Shown one piece after another: positions 37,410-46,706 of a DNA stretch of 56,823 bases. This DNA comes from Gemmatimonadota bacterium (GTDB lineage: Bacteria; Gemmatimonadota; Gemmatimonadetes; Gemmatimonadales; GWC2-71-9). Within the stretch, counting starts at the first letter, position 1; every line of letters begins with the position of its first letter. The notes under the pieces are model-generated. The model saw only the letters and a program-made list of their open reading frames with translations. It was not told the origin of the DNA and searched no databases. The translations under genes were made by a program, and so were the position numbers. The stretch lies in contig JAHECL010000003.1 of assembly GCA_024641745.1 (NCBI GenBank), positions 1-56,823 of the forward strand. The letters run 5' to 3'.

Positions 37410-38646
37410 TCCCCGTCGCGTGGTCATCACCGGCATCGGCGCCATCACGCCGATCGGCATCGGGGTCGAGGCACTCTGGGCTGGACTCCAGCGTGCCGAA
37501 TCCGCCGTGCGAGGCATCACCCGGTTCGATCCGGCGGCGTTTCGAACCCGCATCGCGGCGGAAGTCTCCGGCTTCCATCCCACCGATTTCATCGAGGAGC
37601 GAAAGGCGCGCCGGATCGACCGGTTCGGGCAGTTCAGCGTGGCGGCGGCCCGCCTGGCGCTGCTCGATGCGGGGCTCGACCTTGGCAAGGAAGACCGCGA
37701 CCGCACCGGCGTGATGATGGGCACCGCGCTGGGCGGAATCGGGATGGCGGAAGGGCAGCACGCACGGTATGTCGAGGAGGGGATCCGGGCGGTCGATCCC
37801 GCCCTCGCCCTGATGGTGTTCGCCGGCGCGGCGAGCTGCAATGTGGCCATCGAATTCGGCGTGTCAGGCCCCAACAGCACCAACGGGATGAGCTGCGCCT
37901 CGGGCACCATCGCCATCGGGGACGGCTTCCGGGCCATCGCCCGTGGCGACGCCGAGGTGATGCTCGCGGGGGGCGCCGAGGCGCCGCTGGCGCCGCTCAG
38001 CTTCGGCGCCTTCGCCATCATCCGCGCCATGTCCACCCGCAACGACGACCCGGCCACGGCCAGCCGCCCCTTCGACGCCGAGCGCGACGGGTTCGTGATG
38101 GGAGAGGGAGCCGCGGTGCTGGTGCTGGAGGAGCGCAGCCGGGCCCTGGCGCGGGGCGCACGGATCTATGCGGAGCTCTGCGGCTACGGGCTCACGAACG
38201 ATGCACACCACATGATCGCCCCGCGGCCCGATGGCGGGCAGGCGGCGCGGGCCATGCGCCTGGCGCTCGCCGAGGCAGGTATCCAGCCGGGGGCGATCGG
38301 CTACATCAACGCCCACGGCTCCTCCACCCCCCTCAACGACTCGACAGAGACCGCGGCCATCCGCCAGGTGTTCGGGACGCACGCCGACCGCCTCGCCGTC
38401 AGCGGGACCAAGGGGTACTACGGCCACGCACTCGGCGCGAGCGGCGCGATCGAGGCGGCCATCTGCGCCCTCGCCAGCCACCGGCGGTGGCTGCCCCCGA
38501 CCATCAACCTCCAGGTGCCTGACCCCGCCTGCGACCTCGACTATCTTGCCGACGGCGGCCGGGCCGCCAACCCCCGGTACCTGCTCAGCAATTCGTTCGG
38601 GTTCGGCGGCATCAACGCGGCGCTGGTGCTGCAGCGCGCCGACTGA
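37402..38646 (+). CDS. FabF-like beta-ketoacyl synthase
   Basis: RRVVITGIG. Cys-His-His triad in MSCASG, NAHGSST and KGYYGHALGASG. SRPFD..RDGFVMGEG, SNSFGFGG. Confidence 0.9.
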   Translation: MPDPRRVVITGIGAITPIGIGVEALWAGLQRAESAVRGITRFDPAAFRTRIAAEVSGFHPTDFIEERKARRIDRFGQFSVAAARLALLDAGLDLGKEDRDRTGVMMGTALGGIGMAEGQHARYVEEGIRAVDPALALMVFAGAASCNVAIEFGVSGPNSTNGMSCASGTIAIGDGFRAIARGDAEVMLAGGAEAPLAPLSFGAFAIIRAMSTRNDDPATASRPFDAERDGFVMGEGAAVLVLEERSRALARGARIYAELCGYGLTNDAHHMIAPRPDGGQAARAMRLALAEAGIQPGAIGYINAHGSSTPLNDSTETAAIRQVFGTHADRLAVSGTKGYYGHALGASGAIEAAICALASHRRWLPPTINLQVPDPACDLDYLADGGRAANPRYLLSNSFGFGGINAALVLQRAD

Positions 38647-38699
38647 TAAGATTCGCCGCCAACTGGACCGTCACCTTCCCCGCCTCGTGAGGTAGCAGG

Positions 38700-39380
38700 A
38701 TGCATCGCATGACCCGTCGGCTGGTCGCCGAGTTCGTCGGCACCTTCATGCTCGTGTTCATCGGCGCGGGCGCCGTGATGACCAACAACTTCCCCAAGGG
38801 CGACTTCGGGACGCTCGGCGTCGCCCTCGCCTATGGACTCGCGCTCGCCGTCGGCGTCAGCGCCACGATGGCGGTCTCGGGCGGACACCTCAATCCCGCG
38901 GTCACCGCCGGGATGCTCGCCATCCGCCGGATCGACGCCAAGACGGCCCTGCTCTACATCGCCGCCCAGCTCCTCGGCGGCATCGTGGCCGCCTTCGCCC
39001 TCCAGATGGTCCTGCCCACGGGCGTGACCAAGGTGATGGCACTCGGCACCCCGGCCATCGCGCTGACGATCACGCTCGGCAAGGCGATCGCCATCGAGGC
39101 GATCCTGTCCTTCTTCCTGATGAGCGCCTACCTGGGCACCGTGGTCTCGGCCGAGGCGCCCAGGGTGGCGGGCTTCGGGATCGGCCTCGCGCTCTTCATC
39201 GGCGTCCTCGTCGGCAACCCGCTGACCGGCGCGGCGCTCAACCCGGCGCGCGCCTTCGGTCCCGCGCTCCTGTCCGGGCAGTGGATCAGCCAGGGGGTGT
39301 ACTGGATCGGCCCGATCGTCGGCGCGCTCGTGGCGGCGTTCCTCTGGGAGAAGCTGCTCTTCCCGAAGGCGACCGACTGA
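38700..39380 (+). CDS. MIP-family channel (aquaporin); alternative ATG at 38709
   Basis: AEFVGTF, SGGHLNPAVT, LNPARAFGP, YWIGP. Confidence 0.93.
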   Translation: MHRMTRRLVAEFVGTFMLVFIGAGAVMTNNFPKGDFGTLGVALAYGLALAVGVSATMAVSGGHLNPAVTAGMLAIRRIDAKTALLYIAAQLLGGIVAAFALQMVLPTGVTKVMALGTPAIALTITLGKAIAIEAILSFFLMSAYLGTVVSAEAPRVAGFGIGLALFIGVLVGNPLTGAALNPARAFGPALLSGQWISQGVYWIGPIVGALVAAFLWEKLLFPKATD

Positions 39381-39403
39381 ACCGGTCCCCGAGCCCGCAG
39401 TGC

Positions 39404-39435
39404 AACGGCCCCCCGGCGTCTGCCGGGGGGCCGTT
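39404..39435. terminator. Bidirectional terminator-like hairpin
   Basis: 14-bp stem AACGGCCCCCCGGC-gtct-GCCGGGGGGCCGTT between the convergent aquaporin and ccm genes. Confidence 0.7.
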
Positions 39436-39461
39436 TGCATCGGTGCGGTCGCCTGCTCGCG

Positions 39462-39611
39462 CTAGGCTTCCCCGTGTCCCCGCTTCCCCACCTGCCGCAG
39501 CGCAGCGGACGCTCGCGTCCAGAGGCTCAGCGTGTACCCGAGATAGATCACGGCGGCCACGACGTACGCGGCCACCAGGAACCCGCCGTTCTGGGGAGTC
39601 TCAAAGGGCAT
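39462..39611 (-). CDS. ccmD: CcmD-like small membrane protein (49 aa, absent from the ORF track)
   Basis: MPFETPQNGGFLVAAYVVAAVIYLGYTLSLWTRASAALRQVGKRGHGEA. Single TM with AY motif and basic tail. GGAG RBS, overlaps the ccmC end. Confidence 0.7.
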   Translation of the reverse strand: MPFETPQNGGFLVAAYVVAAVIYLGYTLSLWTRASAALRQVGKRGHGEA

Positions 39612-40302
39612 CGCCGGCTCCTTCCCGCAGGTTGTCCAGCCGCGCCAGCCCGTAGCGCAGCACCACGAATCCGATGTAGAGCAGCGTGAAGGCCGCCATC
39701 CCCGAGAGGAGCGCCCGGAGCATCTCGGGCGGCATCGACGGCGCGCTCGGCTTCAGGAGGACCGGCTGGGGATGGAGGGTCCGGAAGAGGTAGACGCTGA
39801 GGTGGATGAACGGCACCAGCACGAGGCCCATGATGCCCACCACGGCGCTGAAGCGGGCGCGTTCGCCATGGTCCTGCACCGCCGCGCGAAGCGCGAGGTA
39901 GCCCACGAACAGGAAGAAGAGAAAGAGCGTCAGGGTGAGGCGGGCGTCCCAGGTCCACCAGGTGCCCCACACCGTCTTGCCCCAGATCGGTCCCGTGGTC
40001 AGCATCACCAGCGAGAAGGCGATGCCGACTTCGGCGGAGCTGGCGGCGAAGAGGTCGAGCCGCTCGTCCTTGAGCCAGAGGTAGAGGATGCTGACCAGCC
40101 CGACCACGGCGAACGCGACCAGCGCCCCCCACGCGGCGGGGGCGTGAATGTAGAAGATCTTCTGGGCCGGCCCCTGGCGGACCTCGACGGGGGTGTACAG
40201 CAGCGCGAGGGCGTACACGCCCGCGGCCGCCAGCAGGCCGAGCAGGGTGAGCACCTGCCCGCGGCGGACGATGCGGCGGGCGGCGAGCAGTTCTGGTGTC
40301 AT
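39601..40302 (-). CDS. ccmC: Heme exporter / cytochrome c biogenesis protein CcmC
   Basis: IFYIH.P.AW, WWD motif WGKTVWGTWWTWDARLT, IH.SV..FRTLHP. Confidence 0.93.
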   Translation of the reverse strand: MTPELLAARRIVRRGQVLTLLGLLAAAGVYALALLYTPVEVRQGPAQKIFYIHAPAAWGALVAFAVVGLVSILYLWLKDERLDLFAASSAEVGIAFSLVMLTTGPIWGKTVWGTWWTWDARLTLTLFLFFLFVGYLALRAAVQDHGERARFSAVVGIMGLVLVPFIHLSVYLFRTLHPQPVLLKPSAPSMPPEMLRALLSGMAAFTLLYIGFVVLRYGLARLDNLREGAGDAL

Positions 40303-40979
40303 TCGTCGACGACCGCCGGGAAGATGAGGATGCACAGCGTCACGAAACCGATGTCGTACAGGGTCAGTAACCTAAGCCAGCCCATCATCTCGCTCAACGG
40401 GCGGCCCGCCAGCAGCTTGGCGGTCACCTGCACCGCGCCGACCAGGGGCGGCACCATGAACGGCAGGAGCAGCACCGGCAGCATCAGCTCGGCGAACCGG
40501 GTGCGCACCACCATGGCGCTGAAGATCGTGCCGACCGCGACGAAGCCGAGCGTCGCCAGGGCGGTGACGCCCAGGATGCCGCCGAGCGCGTGGCCGATAC
40601 CGACGTTGAAGAACAGGACGAAGAGGGGCAGCGCCACCGCCTCCACCACGCCCACGAAGGCGAGGTTGGCGAGGAGCTTGCCCACGTAGAGCGCGCTGCG
40701 CGGCACCGGCGCGAGGAGGATCCCGTCGAGCGCCGCGTTCTCCCGCTCGACGTAGAAGGCGCGGTTCAGCGCGATCACCGCGCCGAAGGCGAAGGTGACC
40801 CAGAGGACGCTCGGCGCGAGATCCACCGCCGCGATCGCCGTGGGGTCGCGGGCGAAGTTGAACACCACCAGCACCAGGGCGGAGAAGACGATCGCGGAGA
40901 GGAGCGCGGTCCGGCTGCGCAGCTCGAGCCGGATGTCCTTGGCGGCGATCACCCAGGCGATGCGCAGGAACTCAGCCAT
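40299..40979 (-). CDS. ccmB: Heme exporter protein CcmB
   Basis: KDIRLELRS, F..E.EN.ALDG..LAP, LPVLLLP. Lies between ccmA and ccmC. Confidence 0.9.
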   Translation of the reverse strand: MAEFLRIAWVIAAKDIRLELRSRTALLSAIVFSALVLVVFNFARDPTAIAAVDLAPSVLWVTFAFGAVIALNRAFYVERENAALDGILLAPVPRSALYVGKLLANLAFVGVVEAVALPLFVLFFNVGIGHALGGILGVTALATLGFVAVGTIFSAMVVRTRFAELMLPVLLLPFMVPPLVGAVQVTAKLLAGRPLSEMMGWLRLLTLYDIGFVTLCILIFPAVVDE

Positions 40980-41691
40980 GGACCAGCTCGGCGTAGCGGC
41001 CGTGGAAGGCGGCCAGGTCGTCGGGCCGCCGGCCCTCGAGCGCCCAGTGGCCGCCGGCGAGCACCGCCACATGCGTGGCGAGCTCCCACGCCTCGGCCAG
41101 GTGGTGGCTCACCAGGACCAGCGCCCGGCCCCGGTCCAGCTGGGACGAGAGCAGCGCGCGAAACCGGTCCGCCGCCGGGGCATCGAGGCCGGTGAAGGGC
41201 TCGTCGAGCAGGAGGATATCGGGCTGGTGCAGCAGGGCGCGCGCGATGGCGGCACGCTGCAGCAGGCCGCGGCTGAGGTGCCGGACGGGGGTGTCCGCGC
41301 GTGCGCTCAGCCCGACCTCCTCGAGCGCCGCCCGGGTCGCCGCCTCCGGATCCGGCAGGTGGTAGAGCCGGGCGGTGAAGCGCAGGTTCTCGCTCGGCGT
41401 GAGGTCGTCGTACAGGAAGGTATGGTGCGACAGCAGGCCGATCGCCCGGCGGGGCGCCGGATCATGGCGGGTCAGCTGCTCGCCGCGGATTCGCACCTGG
41501 CCCCGGCTGGGCCGCATCAGGCCCGCCAGGATCCGGAGGAGCGTCGTCTTGCCGGCGCCGTTCGGTCCGGCGACCGCCAGCATCTCGCCGGCACGGACGT
41601 CGAGATCGATACCACGGAGGACCTGGAGCGCGCCGAACGCGCGGACCAGCCCGCGCGCCGACAGGAGGGGTGTCTCAGCCGGCTCGGTCAA
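40972..41691 (-). CDS. ccmA: Heme ABC exporter ATP-binding protein CcmA (start TTG 41691 or 41718)
   Basis: GPNGAGKTT, LY.DLT..ENL.F, LSRGLLQR, LLLDEPFTGLD. Confidence 0.9.
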   Translation of the reverse strand: MTEPAETPLLSARGLVRAFGALQVLRGIDLDVRAGEMLAVAGPNGAGKTTLLRILAGLMRPSRGQVRIRGEQLTRHDPAPRRAIGLLSHHTFLYDDLTPSENLRFTARLYHLPDPEAATRAALEEVGLSARADTPVRHLSRGLLQRAAIARALLHQPDILLLDEPFTGLDAPAADRFRALLSSQLDRGRALVLVSHHLAEAWELATHVAVLAGGHWALEGRRPDDLAAFHGRYAELVHG

Positions 41692-42043
41692 TGGCGGCGC
41701 CGAGCTCGTCGAGGTCAAACGGCTTGATCAGGTAGGCATCGTGCGCCAGGTCGAGCACCCGAAGCTGCGGCTCGACGCTGACGTAGGCGGTGGTGATGAT
41801 GACCGGGAGGTCGGGCGACACGTCGCGGATGCGGCGGAGCAGGTCCACACCGTCCGTGTCGGGCAGGCGCATGTCCAGCACCACGACATCGGGCGGCGCC
41901 TCCGCCAGCCGCGTGAGCGCCTCCGCGCCCGAGGACGCGAACGTCATCGTATAGCGCGGGCGGAAGTACCGCTCGTAGCTGATGCGGAGGGCGGGCTCGT
42001 CTTCGATGAAGAGCACCCGCCGGTTGGCTGCCTGTTCGGTCAT
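41675..42043 (-). CDS. Single-domain response regulator (receiver only)
   Basis: VLFIEDE, DVVVLDMRLPDTDG, IITTAY, YLIKPF. Confidence 0.92.
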   Translation of the reverse strand: MTEQAANRRVLFIEDEPALRISYERYFRPRYTMTFASSGAEALTRLAEAPPDVVVLDMRLPDTDGVDLLRRIRDVSPDLPVIITTAYVSVEPQLRVLDLAHDAYLIKPFDLDELGAAIDRAG

Positions 42044-42103
42044 TACCCCGTCCGGAAGGGCCGGCGTCGCCGCCAGGGTGGCGGCGGACCCCGGAGTATA
42101 AGA

Positions 42104-42418
42104 CTAGGCCTGCTTCGGTTCCAGTTCGAAGAGGTCGTCCAGCTTCGTGAGCATCAGGAGGAAACGGAGTTCCTCGCTCGCGGAGCGCAGCGCGACGCGC
42201 TGCCGCCGCTCGCCGGCCCGGCGCTGGACCAGCATCAGGGCCCCCAGGCCGGCGGAGTCCACGTGGCGGGTGTCGCTCAGGTCGATGACCAGGCGGCTCT
42301 CGCCCTCGGGCATCGCTTCGAGCACGCCCACCGCCTCCTGGCGGAACGAAGCGCGGGTGTCGAGGCCCAGTGACGCGGGCGCGTGCAGCTGACGGACAGT
42401 CGGGACGTTGGGTACCAT
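42104..42418 (-). CDS. STAS-domain anti-sigma-factor antagonist
   Basis: RBS GGAG. LVIDLS....VDSAGLGAL carries the phosphorylatable Ser. L.LTKLDDLF. Confidence 0.9.
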   Translation of the reverse strand: MVPNVPTVRQLHAPASLGLDTRASFRQEAVGVLEAMPEGESRLVIDLSDTRHVDSAGLGALMLVQRRAGERRQRVALRSASEELRFLLMLTKLDDLFELEPKQA

Positions 42419-42439
42419 GCTGGCATCTCCCTGGCCCTG

Positions 42440-42492
42440 AACAAGCAAAGCGTGGTCGTTTCGCCACGCCAGCCGGCCGAAACGCCACGCTC
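42440..42492 (-). terminator. Intrinsic terminator-like hairpin in the riboswitch expression platform
   Basis: Minus strand AGCGTGG-CGTTTCG...CGAAACG-a-CCACGCT followed by TTGCTTGTT, about 20 nt before the STAS start. Confidence 0.65.
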
Positions 42493-42507
42493 ATTCGAGT
42501 CGTGTGC

Positions 42508-42604
42508 ATCCCACCTTCGGCACCGAGCTATCTCATCCCGCTTCGGATGAGACCTCCAGTTTTGCGGCCCCGGATCGCTCCGGGTGTGCTATTATCGGGC
42601 GGAT
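42508..42604 (-). ncRNA. GEMM-I (c-di-GMP-I family) riboswitch aptamer, A20 variant (candidate 3',3'-cGAMP sensor)
   Basis: Minus strand CGAUAAUA-GCACAC-CCGGA(GCGA)UCCGG-GGCCGCAAAAC-UGGAGG-UCUCAUCC..GGAUGAGA-UAG-CUCGGU-GCCGAA. It shows a GNRA-capped P2, the CGCAAA junction, P3 with the UAG bulge, and a GCCG 3' end. Confidence 0.85.
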
Positions 42605-42651
42605 CAGTTGTATTGTTCCGGAAGGCATCATGCCTCCCGCCGCTGGTAAAG

Positions 42652-42666
42652 GCGAATTTGGTGCCA
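42652..42666 (-). promoter_or_regulatory. sigma54-type -24/-12 promoter
   Basis: Minus strand TGGCAC-CAAAT-TCGC (GG-N10-GC), about 50 bp upstream of the aptamer. Confidence 0.6.
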
Positions 42667-42811
42667 TCGCCCTAACTCGCTCGTGAACATGCGGTTGCGA
42701 CCGGACTGCAAGCCTTGTCAGCCCCGTCGCCTCCCGCACTCCGCCATCCCGCGGCCTCCCTGCAAGAGCCGCCGACCGGTGTGAACCCGACTCGACCGGA
42801 GGAGCACTCCC

Positions 42812-44764
<1,953 letters not shown>

Positions 44765-46702
44765 CTAGATCTGGACCTGCGCTCCCAGCTCCACCACCCG
44801 GTTCGGCGGCAGCCCGAAGAACGCCGTCGCCGACCGGGCGTTGCGCTTCATGACGATGAAGATTCGCCGGCGCCAGTACGCCATCGGCCCCGGCACTCCG
44901 CGGCCCCGCTTGCGCGCCGTGCCCCGCGGCAGGGCGAGCAGCGTCTCGCGGCCGAGGAAGAACGACGTCTGCGTCAGGAAGACGTCGGCCGGGGCGTCCG
45001 GAAGCCCGGACGCCCCCATCAGGGCCAGCAGCGCCGGCACGTCGGGACTCTCCATGAATCCGTAGTGCCCCACCACCTTCCAGCATCCCTCACCCAGCGC
45101 CTCGACCTCGAGCCGCTCGTCCTCCTCGAGCTGCGGGACCTCCTCCGTCACGACCGACAGCAAAATCACCCGCTGGTGCAGCGCGCGATTGTGCTTCAGG
45201 TGGTGGAGGAGCACCACCGGGACGACGTCCCGCGTCGAGGTGAGGAAGATGGCGGTGCCCGGTACCCGCGCGATCGGCCGCTGCGCGAGGTCAGCCAGGA
45301 AGAGTCCGATCGGGAGGCTCGATTCATCCTTCTGCGCGGCGAGCGCGGCCTCGCCCTGCTGCCAGGTGGCCATCAGCACGTAGATCCCGGCGCCGACGGC
45401 GATGGGGAACCATCCGCCGTCGGCGAACTTCACGATGTTGGCGCCGAAGAAGGCGACGTCAACGATCAGGAAGAGCCCGCACAGCGCCCCCGCCGCCGGC
45501 AGGCCCCACCCCCAGCGGTCGCGCGCCACGCGGAAGAACAGGACGGTGGTGATGATCATGGTGCCGGTCACGGCGATGCCGTAGGCGGCGGCCAGGTTGG
45601 AGGAGCTCCGGAAGCCCAGCACCAGGAGAATGCACGCCACCGCCAGCGCCTGGTTCACCTCCGGCACATAGATCTGCCCGACCTCCGTGCGGGAGGTGTG
45701 CACCACCGTGACGCGGGGACTGTACCCCAGCTGGACCGCCTGCCGGGTCAGCGAGAACGCCCCGGAAATCAGCGCCTGCGAGGCCACCACCGCCGCCATG
45801 GCGGCGAGGATCAGCATCGGGTAGAGGAGCGCCACCGGGACCAGCGCAAAGAAGGGATTCTCGACCCCGGGCGCCTGGATGAGGAGCGCCGCCTGGCCGA
45901 AGTAGTTGAGCAGGAGCGCCGGCAGGGCGACGCCGAACCAGGCCCGGAGGATCGGGCGCCGGCCGAAGTGCCCCATGTCGGCGTAGAGTGCCTCCCCGCC
46001 GGTGATCACCAGCACCACCGCCGCCAGGATGAAGAACCCCTCCAGCCCCTCGCGGGCGAAGAACGCGACGGCGTACCGGGGGTCGACCGCGCGGAGGACT
46101 TCGGGGTGCATGGCGATCCCCCGCACCCCCAGTCCCGCGATGCAGAGGAACCAGATCAGCATGATCGGTCCGAAGGCCCGGCCGATGCGGTCCGTCCCGT
46201 GGTGCTGGAACCAGAAGAGGCACCCGAGAATGAGCACGGCAATCGGCACGACGAAGTGCGCCAGTTCGGGCGCTGCCACCTCCAGCCCCTCGACGGCGCC
46301 GAGCACGCTGATCGCCGGGGTGATCACGCCGTCCCCGTAGAGGAGCGCGGCGCCGAAGAGCCCGAGACCCACCAGCACCGCCTGCGCGCGACCGGTACGG
46401 CCACGCGAGCGGACCAGCGCGAGCAGGGCGAGGATACCGCCCTCACCCCGGTTGTCGGCGCGCATCACGAAGCCGATGTACTTGAAGGAGATGACGAAGT
46501 TGAGCGACCAGAACACCAGCGAGAGCACGCCGTACACATTGTCGACCGTGGGGGGCAGGCCGTGCGGGCCGGTGAAGGCCTCCTTCATGGCGTACAAGGG
46601 GCTGGTCCCGATGTCGCCGTACACCACCCCCAGGGCCCCGAGGGAGAGCGCCGCCAGGCCTGCGCCGTGGTCGTGTCCCGGCCGTTCGTCGTGGAGGGTC
46701 AT
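44765..46702 (-). CDS. kup: KUP/HAK/KT potassium transporter (copy 2)
   Basis: GVVYGDIGTSPLY, GEGG, TGGEALYADMGHFG, GQIYVP, FFLGRE, NRVVELG. Confidence 0.95.
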   Translation of the reverse strand: MTLHDERPGHDHGAGLAALSLGALGVVYGDIGTSPLYAMKEAFTGPHGLPPTVDNVYGVLSLVFWSLNFVISFKYIGFVMRADNRGEGGILALLALVRSRGRTGRAQAVLVGLGLFGAALLYGDGVITPAISVLGAVEGLEVAAPELAHFVVPIAVLILGCLFWFQHHGTDRIGRAFGPIMLIWFLCIAGLGVRGIAMHPEVLRAVDPRYAVAFFAREGLEGFFILAAVVLVITGGEALYADMGHFGRRPILRAWFGVALPALLLNYFGQAALLIQAPGVENPFFALVPVALLYPMLILAAMAAVVASQALISGAFSLTRQAVQLGYSPRVTVVHTSRTEVGQIYVPEVNQALAVACILLVLGFRSSSNLAAAYGIAVTGTMIITTVLFFRVARDRWGWGLPAAGALCGLFLIVDVAFFGANIVKFADGGWFPIAVGAGIYVLMATWQQGEAALAAQKDESSLPIGLFLADLAQRPIARVPGTAIFLTSTRDVVPVVLLHHLKHNRALHQRVILLSVVTEEVPQLEEDERLEVEALGEGCWKVVGHYGFMESPDVPALLALMGASGLPDAPADVFLTQTSFFLGRETLLALPRGTARKRGRGVPGPMAYWRRRIFIVMKRNARSATAFFGLPPNRVVELGAQVQI

Positions 46703-46706
46703 GAGA

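Noticed and set aside
37402-38646. Calling the KS the housekeeping fabF
   Set aside because: No acpP, fabG or fabD neighbours, and a divergent pocket segment. Gene symbol withheld.
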